A model generated the notes under the pieces. It had not been told where the DNA came from. It did not search any database and saw only the letters and a list, made by a program, of their open reading frames with translations. The position numbers and the translations under genes were made by a program. Source: Vicugna vicugna (taxonomy: Eukaryota). From it: DNA of 64,000 nt. The stretch covers positions 2,043,451 through 2,107,450 of the forward strand of contig MU058289.1 of the NCBI GenBank assembly GCA_013265495.1, read 5' to 3'. Positions 49,736-61,750 of the stretch are shown here, in pieces (position 1 is the stretch's first letter; the number at the start of each line of letters is the position of its first letter).

Positions 49736-50334
49736 CAGGTAATATTTGAGCAGTTAGTAAATGTCCAGTACTATGTCGGAAGCAACGTGAGTGCAAACAG
49801 ACATGGCTGGCCTCTTTAGGAGCTTTTGGGCTGATCAAGAGAGTGTTTCCCTGAGCTGTAAATCTAATCAGAGTTTGTCAGTTGGATCTTTGAGAGGGTT
49901 GTGAACATCACAGCAGCGTCCACGGGAGCAGTCTTACGGAAAACGCAGAGGACATCGACACGTGTTCATGGCATGTACTGGTCCTCAGCAGAAACTGAGG
50001 GCACAGATGTAGTTTGGTAAAAACAGCTCTGTGTTAAAGCAGAGAATTGTAGTGCTGGTGTGTAACTTTCAAGGGCCTGGAGAATCTGTGAATGGTTGGC
50101 TTGTCTCCTGAGCAACCTCTTCTGAGTGATGATATTCCGATAAAGATAACATAACTACACTAACAAACATTTGGAAAACAGATGAATATCCTCTATAATT
50201 CCCCAATCCTAACATCACTGTTGTTAAAAGTATTATTTGGGGGAAATGATGGCAGAGTCTTTGATGTGGTTGATGATCCTGTGAAACACACTCATTATTC
50301 TGAGGCCCTGGTCAGGCCTCTGAGGCAAGGGTGA

Positions 50335-50512
50335 GGTAGGTGATAAAGAATGACTCTGAAGCCAGACCAACATGGTTGGAGCCCTGCCCTATTTGTTTAA
50401 GAACTGTGTGATCCTGAGCAAGTCACTTAGCCTCTCTGAGCCTCAGTTTCATCTGTAAAATGGAAATAATAATGGTACCTATTTCATCAGTACATTAGGA
50501 GACTGAAATGAG
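50335..50512 (+). mobile_element. MIR SINE
   Basis: CTGTGTGATCCTGAGCAAGTCACTTAGCCTCTCTGAGCCTCAGTTTCATCTGTAAAATGG..ATAATAATGGTACCT. Confidence 0.9.
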
Positions 50513-51585
50513 ACGGAACTGGGAAATATTGGTCCTCTCCTCACCCTCCTGCCTTGACCACTACCTGAGCACAGCCACACACCTCTGAACCTGGCTGAGC
50601 CCCACGTCCTGAGACCTCCATCAAGAGAACGTGGATGGTCCAACCCTGAGCTGCCAGTGGCGTATTAGAAGGAACTGTCACCTCCACGCAGAAAAGGCTG
50701 TACGTCTCATGTAGGGGTGGGCTGGACAGATGTGTGCTCTCTCTCTCTCTCTTGCTGTGCACACCTTAGGTTGGGTCGGGTCAGTGTAAGTGTCTTGGAA
50801 ATGAATCTCCTGTCTCCCCCCAGGTCCTCCCTAACCCATAGGCTCCTTTGGAGACAAGTCCCCTGATGTCCTGACTTGGACATCATCCCCCATTTGTGGC
50901 TTTATAGGAGGCCCAGCTATGAAGGCTCACAGCCCCATCCTTGTTACTAGAGGAGCTGAACTCCCCGTGACATCTGGCTGACTGCATCCTGCTCTGTGCC
51001 TGGTCACCATGTGTCATCCTTCACTGCCTGCAGGGAACTCAACTGATGCTGGAAGAAACTATTTACATCCAGCCACCATGGGAACACAACCATCTGGGAA
51101 GTTCTGGGGCTTCCCAAGCCCTGCCGCATGCCCAGTTCAGGCACATCCCACCCCCAGGCACACTGAGACACTCATTTCATACCTTCTATGCCGGGGTATG
51201 AGTGGGATGCCAGGCTCTCTGAGATGTGAACGGAGGGGCTGTAGCTCTCATGCACAGTCCCAGAGCCGGGGCTGCAGGAGGGGCTGGAGCACCATCTCTG
51301 CCTAGAGAGGTGACCTGCTTACCGGAGATCACAGAGCAAGTCAAGGGGCAGAGCTATGCCTTGAATCTAGGTCTCCTGACTCTGAGCTGAGTGCTCACCT
51401 TTGAGGAGGAGTTGACAGAGGCCAGGAGGATTTGTGGACCAGAACTTGGGGGGGTCTCAGTTTCTCTATCCCTTCCACACTCCTGAAACTTCCCTGACTG
51501 GCCCTCTCCCCCATGGATCTGCTTTATGATCCTGGGAATGCCCAGCAGAGTGCCAGAAAGAAGGATGTGTGCTCACTGAGTCCGG

Positions 51586-52019
51586 TGTAGTGAGTTGAGT
51601 GTTGGTCCCCCAAAGATAGGTCCACCTGGAATCTTGGCATATGACCTGATTTGGAATAAAGGTCTTTGTGAACCTTATTAAAGATCTCAAGATGAGATCA
51701 TAAATCCAACGATGAGTGTCCTTATAACGGACAGAAAAGGAGAAGATGCAGAACCCAAGGGAGGGGGCCATGTGAAGGCGGAAGCAGAAATTGGAGTTAT
51801 ACCACTGCAAACCAAGGAACGCCAAGGGCTTCCAGCAGCTCCCAGAAGCCGGGAGAGAGGCTGGGAACGATCCCCCTCAGAACTTCCAGAAGGAACCAAT
51901 CCTGCAGACAGCTTGATTTTGGACTTCTGGCCTCCAAGACCATGACATAATACATTTCTGTTGTTTTAAGCTACCCAATGTGTGGTAATTTGTTACAGTG
52001 GTCTGAGGAATTCAATACA
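51586..52019 (+). mobile_element. MaLR solo LTR (MLT1C/D-like)
   Basis: Termini TGTAGTGAGTTGA...AATACA; GCCATGTGAAG, CCAAGGAACGCCAAGG, TTGATTTTGGACTTCTGGCCTCCA, ATTTCTGTTGTTTTAAGC. Confidence 0.92.
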
Positions 52020-52152
52020 CCCCGGGGAGGGAACCCTGGGGCCAGGGGCCGGGCCAGCTATGTGTCACTTTCTCCCATGTGGGCCCAGGAGAGGTGGGAG
52101 GGAGCCTGCTCTCGCCCTGCCTGTCTTTCACTCAAGTGTAAGTTCTAGAGGA

Positions 52153-52684
52153 TGTCAAAGAGCTGCAAAGCCAGACACCAGATAAAGGCAGCAAAGATAG
52201 ATTTTATTGAGGAAACACTGCCGGAGGAGAAAGAGACTCAGGTGTAGAACTGAGCTCAGCTCCTGGTGTAGAGGCCACTGGGCATCTTAAAGGGAGAAAG
52301 AGGGAGGGGCAGGGGAATGCGCAGGGGCTGGGGCAGTCAGGGAAGTGAAAAACTGCAAAAAGCAGGCGGGGGTGGGTCAAGGCGATCAGGCCTCTGGGTC
52401 TGCTCACTGGAGCTTTGGGATGTAGGCTCCCACCCTCCCCCAGAGACTGGGAGACTGTCGGCTGGAACAAACAGTGTATATTTTGGCAGCCCTGAGCTTT
52501 CCCAGGCTGGAACTTAAGGGGGGCCGGGGTATCCCAGAGATATGGCCTTGAGCTATGGCTCTCTTGGTGCGGGGAGTGGAGGAAATTGTGCTGAGAGGCT
52601 GTGGTCTTTAAGGGCCAAGGTTGGGGCCAGTAGACAAGAGGGTTCAGAGGAGCCTGAATTCTGCCAAAGTGAGAGTCTTTGTCA
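52153..52684 (-). mobile_element. ERV1 solo LTR (MER67/MER31-like)
   Basis: Minus strand begins TGACAAAGACTCTC...CAGGCTCCTCTGAACCCTCTT...CCTTGGCCC, has AATAAA near 52204-52209 and ends ...TTTGACA. Confidence 0.75.
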
Positions 52685-53229
52685 AGAGATGGAAACACAT
52701 GCGGGCCCCGCCCTCCCAGCAGGGAGTTCTAGTGGTGAAGGCAAATCTTCCAGCTGGGGCAGGGCCTTGGGAGAGTTTGGGGTGATGAGGAAAATGCAGG
52801 AGTGGGAGTTGGGGTGGGGTGGGGGCACACAGAGAAGGGACATCTAATGAGGCAGGAGGCAGGGCCCTCAGGGAAGGAGGGACAGTCCAAGCTGTACCTG
52901 AAAATTAAATTATGTGGCTGGGTGGGTGGGGGGGCTGCATATTTGATGTGCTAGGCCTGGGAGCAGAAGAGTCAGGGTGGAAGGAATGTAGAATTAGGGG
53001 AGGTGGGTGCGGGCAGTGAAAGATGGACCCAGGCTGACAACAGGGGGCAGGTGGAGTTGTCCCAACGTTTGGGGCCCTTTGCCCAGAGGTGGGATGCAGA
53101 TACCACATTGCCAAATGCTCTCAGGGTGATTATAAGATGCAGCCCTGTTTGAGACCTGACTGCTCTAGCCTAAGGGTAATGTAACATCTCTGAAGGGCTA
53201 TAGCTGGGAGGAACAAGATAGGATCTCTT

Positions 53230-53870
53230 TTATTTAAAGGATCCCTGGGCAGAAGCTGGCAGAGCCTCACTGAAGTTTCTAGCAATAACCCGGGGAGGGA
53301 AGAGGGAACCTGGCCTAGGGCAGTGGGCTTGGGAGAGAGGAAGAATTCCAGGGATACCTGGGGTAGGAGGGACTGGCAGCATTTGGAGACAGATGGGATG
53401 TACCTGTGAGGGCGAGGTGACACCAGATTTCTGTGGGGAGAGCTGGCTGCGTGGCCACTGAGATGAGGAATCACAATGGGAAGGGAGCATTCAGTAGTGA
53501 CTGTCTTGCCTAGTGATACCTGAGTCGTGCTGTTGGGAGATACAGAAATAGGGCGAAGGGGAGACTCTCAGCTGGGGAGGAAGCTGCTGCAGTTGCCAGC
53601 AAGTGGGCAGCAGTTAGAGGATGGAGGGCCTGTGACAGAGCCCTGGGTGGCTCCATTTTTGGAGGGATGGACTGAGTCTCAGCAGTTGGAGGAAGACTTG
53701 CCAGAGAGGCAGGAGGAAGTTCAGAGAGGGAGGGCAGCTGGGAGACAAATCAAGGGAGAGTTTCAAGAAGGAGAGAGTCATCCTCAGTCACCTCCCGTAA
53801 GGTGCCAAGAGGCTGAGCAGGACGAGGGTGAAAGGCGTCTGATGGATTTGGAAGAACAAGGAGCCTAGGC
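53230..53870 (-). mobile_element. L2 fragments
   Basis: GGTGACACCAGATTTCTG and GAGGCTGAGCAGGACGAGGGTGAAAGG...TGGATTTGG are L2-like. Confidence 0.55.
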
Positions 53871-54051
53871 TAGGCTTGGCTGGGCGGGCCCTCCTCCTAT
53901 CCCCACCTGCCGGCCCCCAGGCTGAGGCTTGCCTCCTACTTGGAACCCCAGGCAGCCCAGGGGTCAGGGTAAAAGGCAGCTATGGGGGCACAGAGAGAGG
54001 TATCTCCAGCAGGATGTAAATGTTCAGCTGGCTTTAAAATGGAAACCTCAG

Positions 54052-54177
54052 GGGGAGGGTATAGCTCAAGTGGTAGAGCACATGCTTAGCATGCGTGAGG
54101 TCTTAGGTTCCATCCCCAGTATCACCTCCATAAATAAATAAATAAATAAATAAACCTAAATACTGCTCCCACCACAC
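54052..54177 (+). mobile_element. tRNA-Ala-derived SINE (Vic-1 type), long form
   Basis: GGGGAGGGTATAGCTCAAGTGGTAGAGCACATGCTTAGCATGCGTGAGGTC...(TAAA)6-CCTAAATAC. TSD TAAAATGGAAACCTCAG (54035-54051) vs TAAAATGTAGACCTCAG (54178-54194). Confidence 0.92.
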
Positions 54178-54599
54178 TAAAATGTAGACCTCAGAATTTA
54201 GGTTTCTTCTCCTTTCCTGCCTCAGGAAGAGGGAATGCAAATGTTTCCCTCTTCTTCGTGTCCTGTCCAGGGCAGCCTGATTAATTATAGCAACCTTTCC
54301 TTCAAGTCTAGCATGCAGGCTGAAAAGTGCACACATCCTAAGGTGTGCAGCTCCATGTGTTTTCACAAACTGAATACACTAATGGAACCACTCCAGTGAA
54401 TTCAACCCAACCTCACTGGTCCCAGAAGTCTCTCCTGTCCCCTCTTCTAGGCACTACTGATCTGACTTGTAACTTGCCTGAATCTGACTTGTAACCGTTT
54501 AGATGAGTTTTTCCAGTGTTCTTTTTAACCTTTTCCCTTTTTTTTATTTTGTTTTTATTTTATTTTTTATAAACAGGCAATATATTCATTCGTGAGTCC

Positions 54600-55009
54600 T
54601 GATAAAAAGCAAAATTCTACCAAGTAAATCTGGAGCTCTAACTGGCTTTATTCAATGATACATGGATCGGACAGCATCCCATCCAGCAGACAGAAAGGAG
54701 CTTTGAGGAGCTGTACAGAATGGAAGACTATTACGGGCAGAAGGAGTCTGGCAAGAAGTCATTCTAGCAAAGAGTGGATTGTTTCAGGCAAGGTCAACTT
54801 CCTTTGGGGGAAGGGGGCGTCTATCAGCCAGATTACCTCACCTGTGCTGACCAAGTCATTCCCGGCTGACTGGTTAAAGGCCACCTTCCTGGGAGAGGCT
54901 GAAACAGCAGTTACGTTAGGTGTTGAGTCTTCGTTTGCTGACGCTGAGGCTGAGCACAGGTGCCTCCATTTTGGCCTGTTATTTCTTTTTCTTTTTTTTT
55001 TTTTTAACA
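54600..55009 (-). mobile_element. ERV1 solo LTR inserted in an L1ME-like remnant
   Basis: Minus strand TGTTAAAA...GGCCAAAATGGAGG...AATAAA...TTATCA. TSD GTCC (54596-54599) vs GTTC (55010-55013). Confidence 0.8.
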
Positions 55010-55104
55010 GTTCAAAAACCAAAGTGATATAAAAGAGTGTGTCTGTTGAGAAGTCTGCCTTCCACCTGTCTTTTTTCCATTCCACCTACCTTATAAATCC
55101 CATG

Positions 55105-55217
55105 TTGGTAAACTTTTCTGAAAAGGGCCAAATCATCAATATTTTAGGCTTGCAGGACCTGCAGTCTCTGTGGCAATTACTCAGGTCTGCAGCTGTCATG
55201 CAAAAACAGCCATAGAC
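55105..55217 (+). mobile_element. MER58-like (hAT-Charlie) fragment
   Basis: TTGGTAAACTTTTCTGAAAAGGGCCAAAT...AATATTTTAGGCTTGCAGG...GTCTCTGTGGCAATTACTCA...CAGCCATAGAC. Confidence 0.85.
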
Positions 55218-55321
55218 TCACATAGCACATGCTCTTCTGTGTTGAGTGTTTCTGAGATTCATCCTCTTTTTCTGAGGTTCACCCTCTTTGCAGCATGGAT
55301 TCTATTGCATGGAAGCTTACC

Positions 55322-55452
55322 TTTTTGGGCAGGGGGAGTGTAAGTAATTAGGTTTATTTTTTAATTTATTTTTAGAGGAGGTACTGGGGATTTAACCCAG
55401 GACCTCATGCATGCCAAGCATATGCTCTACCACTGAGCTATACCCTCCCCCC
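55322..55452 (-). mobile_element. tRNA-Ala-derived SINE (Vic-1 type), long form, inside an L1ME remnant (about 55225-55690)
   Basis: Plus strand GGAGGTACTGGGGATTTAACCCAGGACCTC...GCTCTACCACTGAGCTATACCCTCCCC, with the GTAATTAGGTTTATTT extension. Confidence 0.92.
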
Positions 55453-57769
55453 GTGAGTCACTGCATAAGAACATCACTCTATCCCATCTGCCACTGATGG
55501 GCATTTGGGTAGTTCTAGTTTGCAGCTTTTCCAAACAGAGTAGCTACAAGCAGCCTTGCTCGTGTCTGCCGATGGACAGATGCTCACATTTCTGCTGGGT
55601 GCTCGCTCACCCGGGAGTAGGGTTATTGGGTCAGAGGTGAGCACAATTTTAAGGCTGCAAATGAATGCTTTCTTTTCCAGGTTTTGTGAGTTGTCTAGGC
55701 TGAATGTGAAGATGGAGATAGAATTTGGGGTGAGTGGTGGAGGGACAAGAGGAGGAGGGAGCAGAGCCCTTCGGCCACCGTCAGGAGGCCGGAGCAGAGT
55801 GGAGGGGTGGGGACCCAGTGGGGAAACTACTGTGAAGTTGGTCGGGAGAGAGAAGATCCTGCCCATGGACCACCGCTGCTTCCCTCTTATGGGACCCTTA
55901 TCCCACTGTCCCTGCCGACAGTGCCAGGGAGGACTATGTCTTGAAACGTTTTTGGTCTTGGCTCCCAGCAAAATCAACCAGAGAATTTTCAAAGAATCTG
56001 AAATTCTGATTCAGCTGTTATGCAGTGTATGCAGTGAAGCTCTGTCACTAGCAGCTTTGAGAGATTGTCCGGGAGATTCCAGTGGGAGCCAGGGAAGAGG
56101 ACCACAAAGCCTCATGCAGTAGTGGTCCCTGAGGTCACAGTTGGTCCCCAAGAATCTGGGTGCCCACTGAAGACCACCCACCCTCTGGCAAATGTGTCCG
56201 GCAGGGCTCTCAGTTGTAAACAACAAAAATGGACTTAAAGAAAGGTATGCTGAAAGGAGCTCCTGGAAGGGTGAGAGGCAGCTCTCAGAACCTGCTGAGA
56301 CCCGGGCTGGGGAGGAACTCCCGGAGGGCAGCCTACAGCACCTGCTCCCTCTGCAGCCTGCCCAGCTGTCGGCACTGGCTCCAAGTGAATGTTTTCTGCC
56401 TGAACGGAGCCCTGGGCAGGGCACTGGCTCGGCTATGCTTGGAGCCTGCACACCCAGCAGCCCTCGAAGGAGAAAGTGTGTTGGGGCACAGGGCAGCTGT
56501 GGTGACAGTGCCCAGGAGTGCTAGCAGGGTGGGGGTGGGGCAGGGAATTCTCTACCTGATCAGGAAGGGGCTAAACTGGGGAGGGGGATGAATACTCCCA
56601 AGTGGATGATGGTCAGTGACTCCCCACTTTCTCTCCAGTGGCCCAGATTCTGCAGCCAGTACTAAAGCCCCAAGAAACAGGGGACCCAAGTGAGCTCTTA
56701 GCTGGGCCCCTGGGTCCAGCAGAACAGAGATTGACCAGCGGTTTCCTAGGCCCCTTCCCTAAACTAGCCTGCTCTTTTCACCAACAGTGTGACCTTTACC
56801 AGACAGTTTGAACAGCGTCCCCTCTTGCTGTGGTCACTATTGGCATTTTGTGGTTGACGTGACAGTCCCTCAGTGAGCTGGCTCTGAGGTCGATCAGGGC
56901 AGAGCATGTTTCCTGGAACCCCCTGGGGCCACCCAGGAAGATGAGAGCAGGTCTCTGGGAGGAGGGAGCAGGCAGGGAGGCCTGCGGGGACTGTTGTGGA
57001 GCAGCCCCCCTCCCTCCCCAGCTGATGGGCTACTTCCCTCACTTTCCTCCCCCTCACTCTGGGTTCAGGTGCTGGGAGAAATCTCTGAATCCATGGAAAC
57101 CACAGAGGAGGCAGAAATCAGAAGGAAGGAGGGGGCTGAGCACTGTCTTGCAAACCCTGGGGAGGGGGAGGGCGGACAGTCCCTTCCTCGATGAGTAAAA
57201 GCCTGAAACACCATTTCTCTCTCAGTGGCAGCCCCCTCCCCCCACCCAGGGCTGGGCTCCCATTTCTCTCCAGGGTGTGGAAGGGACAGCAGGAGGGGAA
57301 TTGTTGCTCTGGGAGGAGCCAGCAGGCCCTGGGGTTGGGGGCGAGGGTCAGGGTAGGGGGCAGGGCCCTGGGGCTGGGAAGTTGGGAGATGCGAGTCAGT
57401 TGTGGAGAAAGGCAGAGTTTGGGAGGCAGGGGTCAGAAATTGGGGATTCAGGGGCTGGGAAGGTGGGGTTGGCTACAATGGGCCTGGGCTCCCATGAGCC
57501 AGGGTCGTCCCCACCCCCAGTGGCCCCAACCACCCAACTGTCCTCCTGGCATTGCCCCGGAGGGCTCTGTCCGTGATCCTCGTAAGTAAAAACCAGGCCT
57601 TTTCCTTCAAAACACAAACCAACCAACCTCCCCTCCCAGACAGTCTGTGTGACTCAGGAGCCAGGGACTTGGGGGTGGGGACAGGCCAGAGTAGGAGGTG
57701 CAGGGAGCACTGGGGGAGGATCCAGCAGATTCCGGTTTGCAAAGGACTGCAGAGCATTCCTGAGATAGA

Positions 57770-58400
57770 GGTTTTTTTTTTAAGTGCTTTTCTTTCTTTT
57801 TAATTACACAAATGCATGAATATATTCTCCTTTTTAAAAAAATTGACCATGAGATAAAGGTATAGTCCCTTCCACATCCTCACACGACCCCCTCCCCCAT
57901 CCCCGAAGACAACACTGTGTATCTTCTTCCAGACCTTCTCAGCGTTTTTACAACATAAATATGTGCCCGTAGAGAATTCATAGGATGTCTATTGTTTTAC
58001 AGGTTTGTAAACATAATGATGTAACACAAGATGCACCGTTCTTCAACTTTTCACTCAACAGAGCGCCGCTGAGATTTCTCCACGGAGATACCTGTGGATC
58101 TAGGACATTCCTTTTAATGGATCTCAAGTGTGCGCAGAAGAGGGTTCACGTGTGGATGAACACACAGACTGCTTCTAGTTTTTCATTGCCGCAAATGATT
58201 CTTCAGTGAGCGTGCTGGTTTATAGCTTCTTGTACTCGCAAGGTGGAGCTTCTTTAGGGTAGATAATGAGAATTGCAATTACAAGTCAGAAGGCTTAGTT
58301 TAAAATTTTTTGGTTTAAGAGATATTCCCAAAGCGCTCTCCAAAGTAGGCGTTCCATTTTATTTTCCCACAGCCTTAGAACATTTGGTCCCAGCAAGCTC
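57770..58400 (-). mobile_element. Decayed L1ME-like 3' region
   Basis: TTCCAGACCTT...GCTTCTAGTTTTTCATTGCC...GAGATATTCCCAAAGCGCTCTCCAAAGTAGG...TTTTCCCAC. Confidence 0.6.
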
Positions 58401-59789
58401 TTACTCGATGCCCACTTTGGGGTGGGAGGGTTGAGCTGAGGGCTTTTTAGCCAGCAGGGGCTCCCTGGGTGGAGCCAACGAGCTTTCCTGTCTGGGCTGG
58501 GAGTGGGGCGGGAAGGAAGGGGCGGGAAAGTGAGGCATGAAAGGTCCCTTACTGCGGGGAAGGGAGGGAATAAATGTGTGGGTGATGGGGTGATGAACTC
58601 AGGACTGATGCCTGGGGCCCATGCCTCCTCCCTGGAGAGGCAGCAGACAGGTCCGGCAGAGTAGCGCATGTGAACTCAAGACACAATGGAGGCTGAGCTG
58701 CCTTGGGTGGCTGTCTACACAGTAAACCCCACACCTGGCCGCAAACCACAGGTGGCTGGAGTGCTGGTTAAAAGTCTAGGCTCCTGGGCCACACTTTATC
58801 CCACCAACTCAGGATCTCTGGTGGGTACCCCCCACCCCCAAAAACCACACAGAGAGAGCTGGGAGCTTGTCCCTCTGTGGGTGGGCCTTCCCCAGCAGAC
58901 ACGGGCCCCCTGAGGAGGGGCCCTAAGTCTTCATATAGCAAGTGCCCTTGGTGACAGAAGGGACAGAGTCTGCCCTTGGCATCAGATCCAAAGCTAAAAC
59001 TGGTTCTCCGTGCAGCCAATTTTGCAGATGGAGTTTAGGGAGCGTCCGCAAATAAGCCCGGAGCTCTTCTCAGCCCAGTTTGGGCCACCTCCTCCCTCAT
59101 GCAGAGCTGCCGCCCAGGGGAGGTTTTAGGTCCATCCTCCTCTCAGGTCCCTGTAAAGAAGCCCTGGTTGCCCACCCCCGACCCGGGCTGCTGCTGCGGC
59201 TCGGCTCCGGGCAGCCCTGGTTGATTGCCTGGTCTCCCCTGGAGGCAGCTGGGGGAGGCCTTGTGCTGGGCCGGCAGCTGGTCCCGTAGGAGGAGGATTC
59301 GTGGTCTGGGAGGAGCCGCCTGTGCAGAAGCTTCCGCCTCTGGCGTTTCCACTGTGAGATGATTTTCAGTAAATTTCCCCTCAAGCCCTAAATATTGATC
59401 TCTGAGCTCTGGAAATAAAATTGTAATTTTCCCAAAGACTGTTTGAACGGAACATCCAGACAGGATGGGGAAGCGAGCGAGACCCCTGCCGGCTCATGAA
59501 GCTGCCGGGGAACTCAGCATCTGACTCAGAGACTGTGCTGCCGTCTGGACTGAGCACATCAGTGGCAACGCCTTGGGTATCTGCAAGTCTTTTTAAAAGA
59601 TGCTCCGGACAGAATGACTAGCGCTTGGAAGTGTGGTGGGCGCTCAGCTTGGACAGTCCGAGCCTCGGACTCGGGCAGGCGTCTCTGCAGAAGGATGCTT
59701 GTCTTCATCTAGGTAAGAAGGTGCTTTTGCTTTGGGAGGAGCAGGGCTCTCCTGGTGCTCTGTGCTTGGCCTCCCATGAGGTGTGGGTC

Positions 59790-59985
59790 TGTGTGAGCAA
59801 GGCTGGCCTGGAGGTGAACTCCCTGCTGGAGGGCTCTCCTCCTGGCTTGCAGATGGCTGCCTTCTTGCCGTGCCCTCACATGGTAGGGAGAGAGAGGGAG
59901 CTCTCTGGTGTCTCCTCCAATAAGGGCACTAATCCTATTGGACCAAGGCTCCACCCTGATGACCTCATTTAGCCTTGATTACTGT
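59790..59985 (-). mobile_element. MLT1A-like MaLR LTR fragment
   Basis: GAGGGCTCTCCTCCTGGCTTGCAGATGGCTGCCTTCTTG...TAAGGGCACTAATCC...CCACCCTGATGACCTCATTTA. Confidence 0.88.
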
Positions 59986-60579
59986 CCCCTCTCAGCTACC
60001 CATCCAGGCTACCCAGGTACAATCCCATGCTGTGTACACCCTGCGCTGGCCTTGCTTTGGGCTGTGACAGTGCAGGCCAAGTACCCAAGCCAGGCTCACT
60101 GGCCTTCGGTGCACACAAGGCTCTACTGACATAATCATTTGGATTTAATTGGCACCAGTCCCATCTCTATTACAGGAGTCATCAAGTTCCCTTGAAAGTC
60201 TCTTCCACGTATTCCGGGGGTCCCCAGAGGGATTCTTACAGAAACTCAGAATCCTCCCATTTCTTGTGCTTCAAGGCAGCTGCCCAGGAAGCCCCACTAG
60301 GGGCACCACGTCTCTGCACCACCGCTGCCCGGCGGGGGTGCTGCCTCTTCGCGCCCCCAAGGCAGTTCAACCACATGGTGCTGGGCGGAATCGAGGTCCC
60401 TGTAGCCAGGCTGTGCACCAGGCAGAGGTGACGTGAAGGTCACACTTTCTCCCCAGGGTCCCCCAGCAGTTCCGCTGGGACTCTGCACCTCCCAGAATTC
60501 CTTGTGAAAACAGCCCCTACCACATCTGTCCCCAGGCTCCCCTCTAGGGCCGTGGTCCCAGGCCCCTCTCCCTCTGCCC

Positions 60580-61048
60580 TGTGTGATAACCCAGCATAAC
60601 AAACTGCCCAATGTAATGGCTCAAAACCATCATTTACATAGCTCAGGATTCTGGGGGTGGCTTGGCGGGTGTCTGTTGGACTCATTTGTGGATCTGCAGT
60701 CAGCCCTCAGGTTGGCTGGAGGCTGATAATCTAAGCTAGCCTTGCCTGTATGTCTGCTGGTTGGCAGGCTATCAAACAGGTATCTTATACCCTGGCAGGC
60801 TAACTAGGGCATCTTCATCTGGTGCTAGGGCTTCCCAGAGCGGCTAGAGGTTCAACCCCAGTGGGTGAGCCCTTTCCAAGGCCTCTGCTTTTGTGAATGT
60901 TTTATCATCCAAAGTAAGTCATGTGGCCACTCTAGATTCAAGGGCTTGTGAAATAGACTCTACTTCTGGATAAGAGGGGCTGCAGCATCACTAAGCAAGG
61001 GCGTGGGCACAGTAGGGAAGAGAATGTGAGGCGGATTTTGCAATCCTT
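60580..61048 (-). mobile_element. MLT1H-like MaLR LTR
   Basis: GCATAACAAACT..CCAA...TGGCTCAAAAC; CAAAGTAAGTCATGTGGCC..AGATTCAAGG..AAATAGACTCTACTTCT..ATTTTGCAATC. Confidence 0.75.
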
Positions 61049-61519
61049 TGTATGTCCCTAACCCCTCTCACAAACCTCCTTGCTGCCCTTCTTCCCTACA
61101 TGCAAATCTATACCTACCAGCAGAGCTCTGTGGGCTTCACAGGTGGGGCCAAAGGCCCTGGGTACGGCCAGGGATGCCCTCTCTGCGGCCTTCCCCACTC
61201 ACTCTCGTTTCCCTGCATCTCTTCAGCATCTCTGTGTTTGGCCAGACTGCCAGCTCATGTGCAGGGAGCAGGGCTGGCTCAAGGTTGGTAGCCAGGCAGC
61301 CCCAGGACCCAGCTAGTCCTCTTGAAGGCAGTAAGCACAGCTCTGAGCACCTTGGCTTGGGATTATGGGTTCACCCATTTGGGTCAAAGTTGCTCTAGAC
61401 GTGGACTGAGAGTGACCTTGTAGGGCATCCCACCCACCTGCATGCCTTGAGGATAAGGGTCCTGGTGCTTTCCTGCTGCCCGTACTTCTCACGTTAGCAC
61501 TGAAATAAGGATGGCAGCC

Positions 61520-61750
61520 ACCTCAAGCCAGGGGCTGTGCTGAGTGTCTCACAGGACCACCCACCTAATCTCCTCAACAGTCCTCCGAGCTGAGGCCCAT
61601 CACATCCAGTTTACGGAGGACGCAGCTGAGGCTCAGAGAGGTTGGGTAATTTGCCCAGTGCCACACAGTGAGCAAATTAAAAAAAAAAAGAAGAAGAAGC
61701 CAGGAATGAGACCTAGGTTCCTGCATCCACAGCCTTAACCTCCATGTACA
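61520..61750 (-). mobile_element. MIR SINE
   Basis: TTTACGGAGGA..CTGAGGCTCAGAGAGGTTGGGTAATTTGCCCAG..CACACAG. Confidence 0.75.

Noticed and set aside
55474..56122. Overlapping 172-aa and 188-aa ORFs
   Set aside because: Partly derived from a decayed L1 remnant; no domain or coding signature.
7380..60310. Other CTCF-like strings (near 7382, 7449, 8527, 35707, 43762, 58451, 60294)
   Set aside because: Each has a spacing error or several mismatches in the core, as expected by chance in GC-rich DNA.
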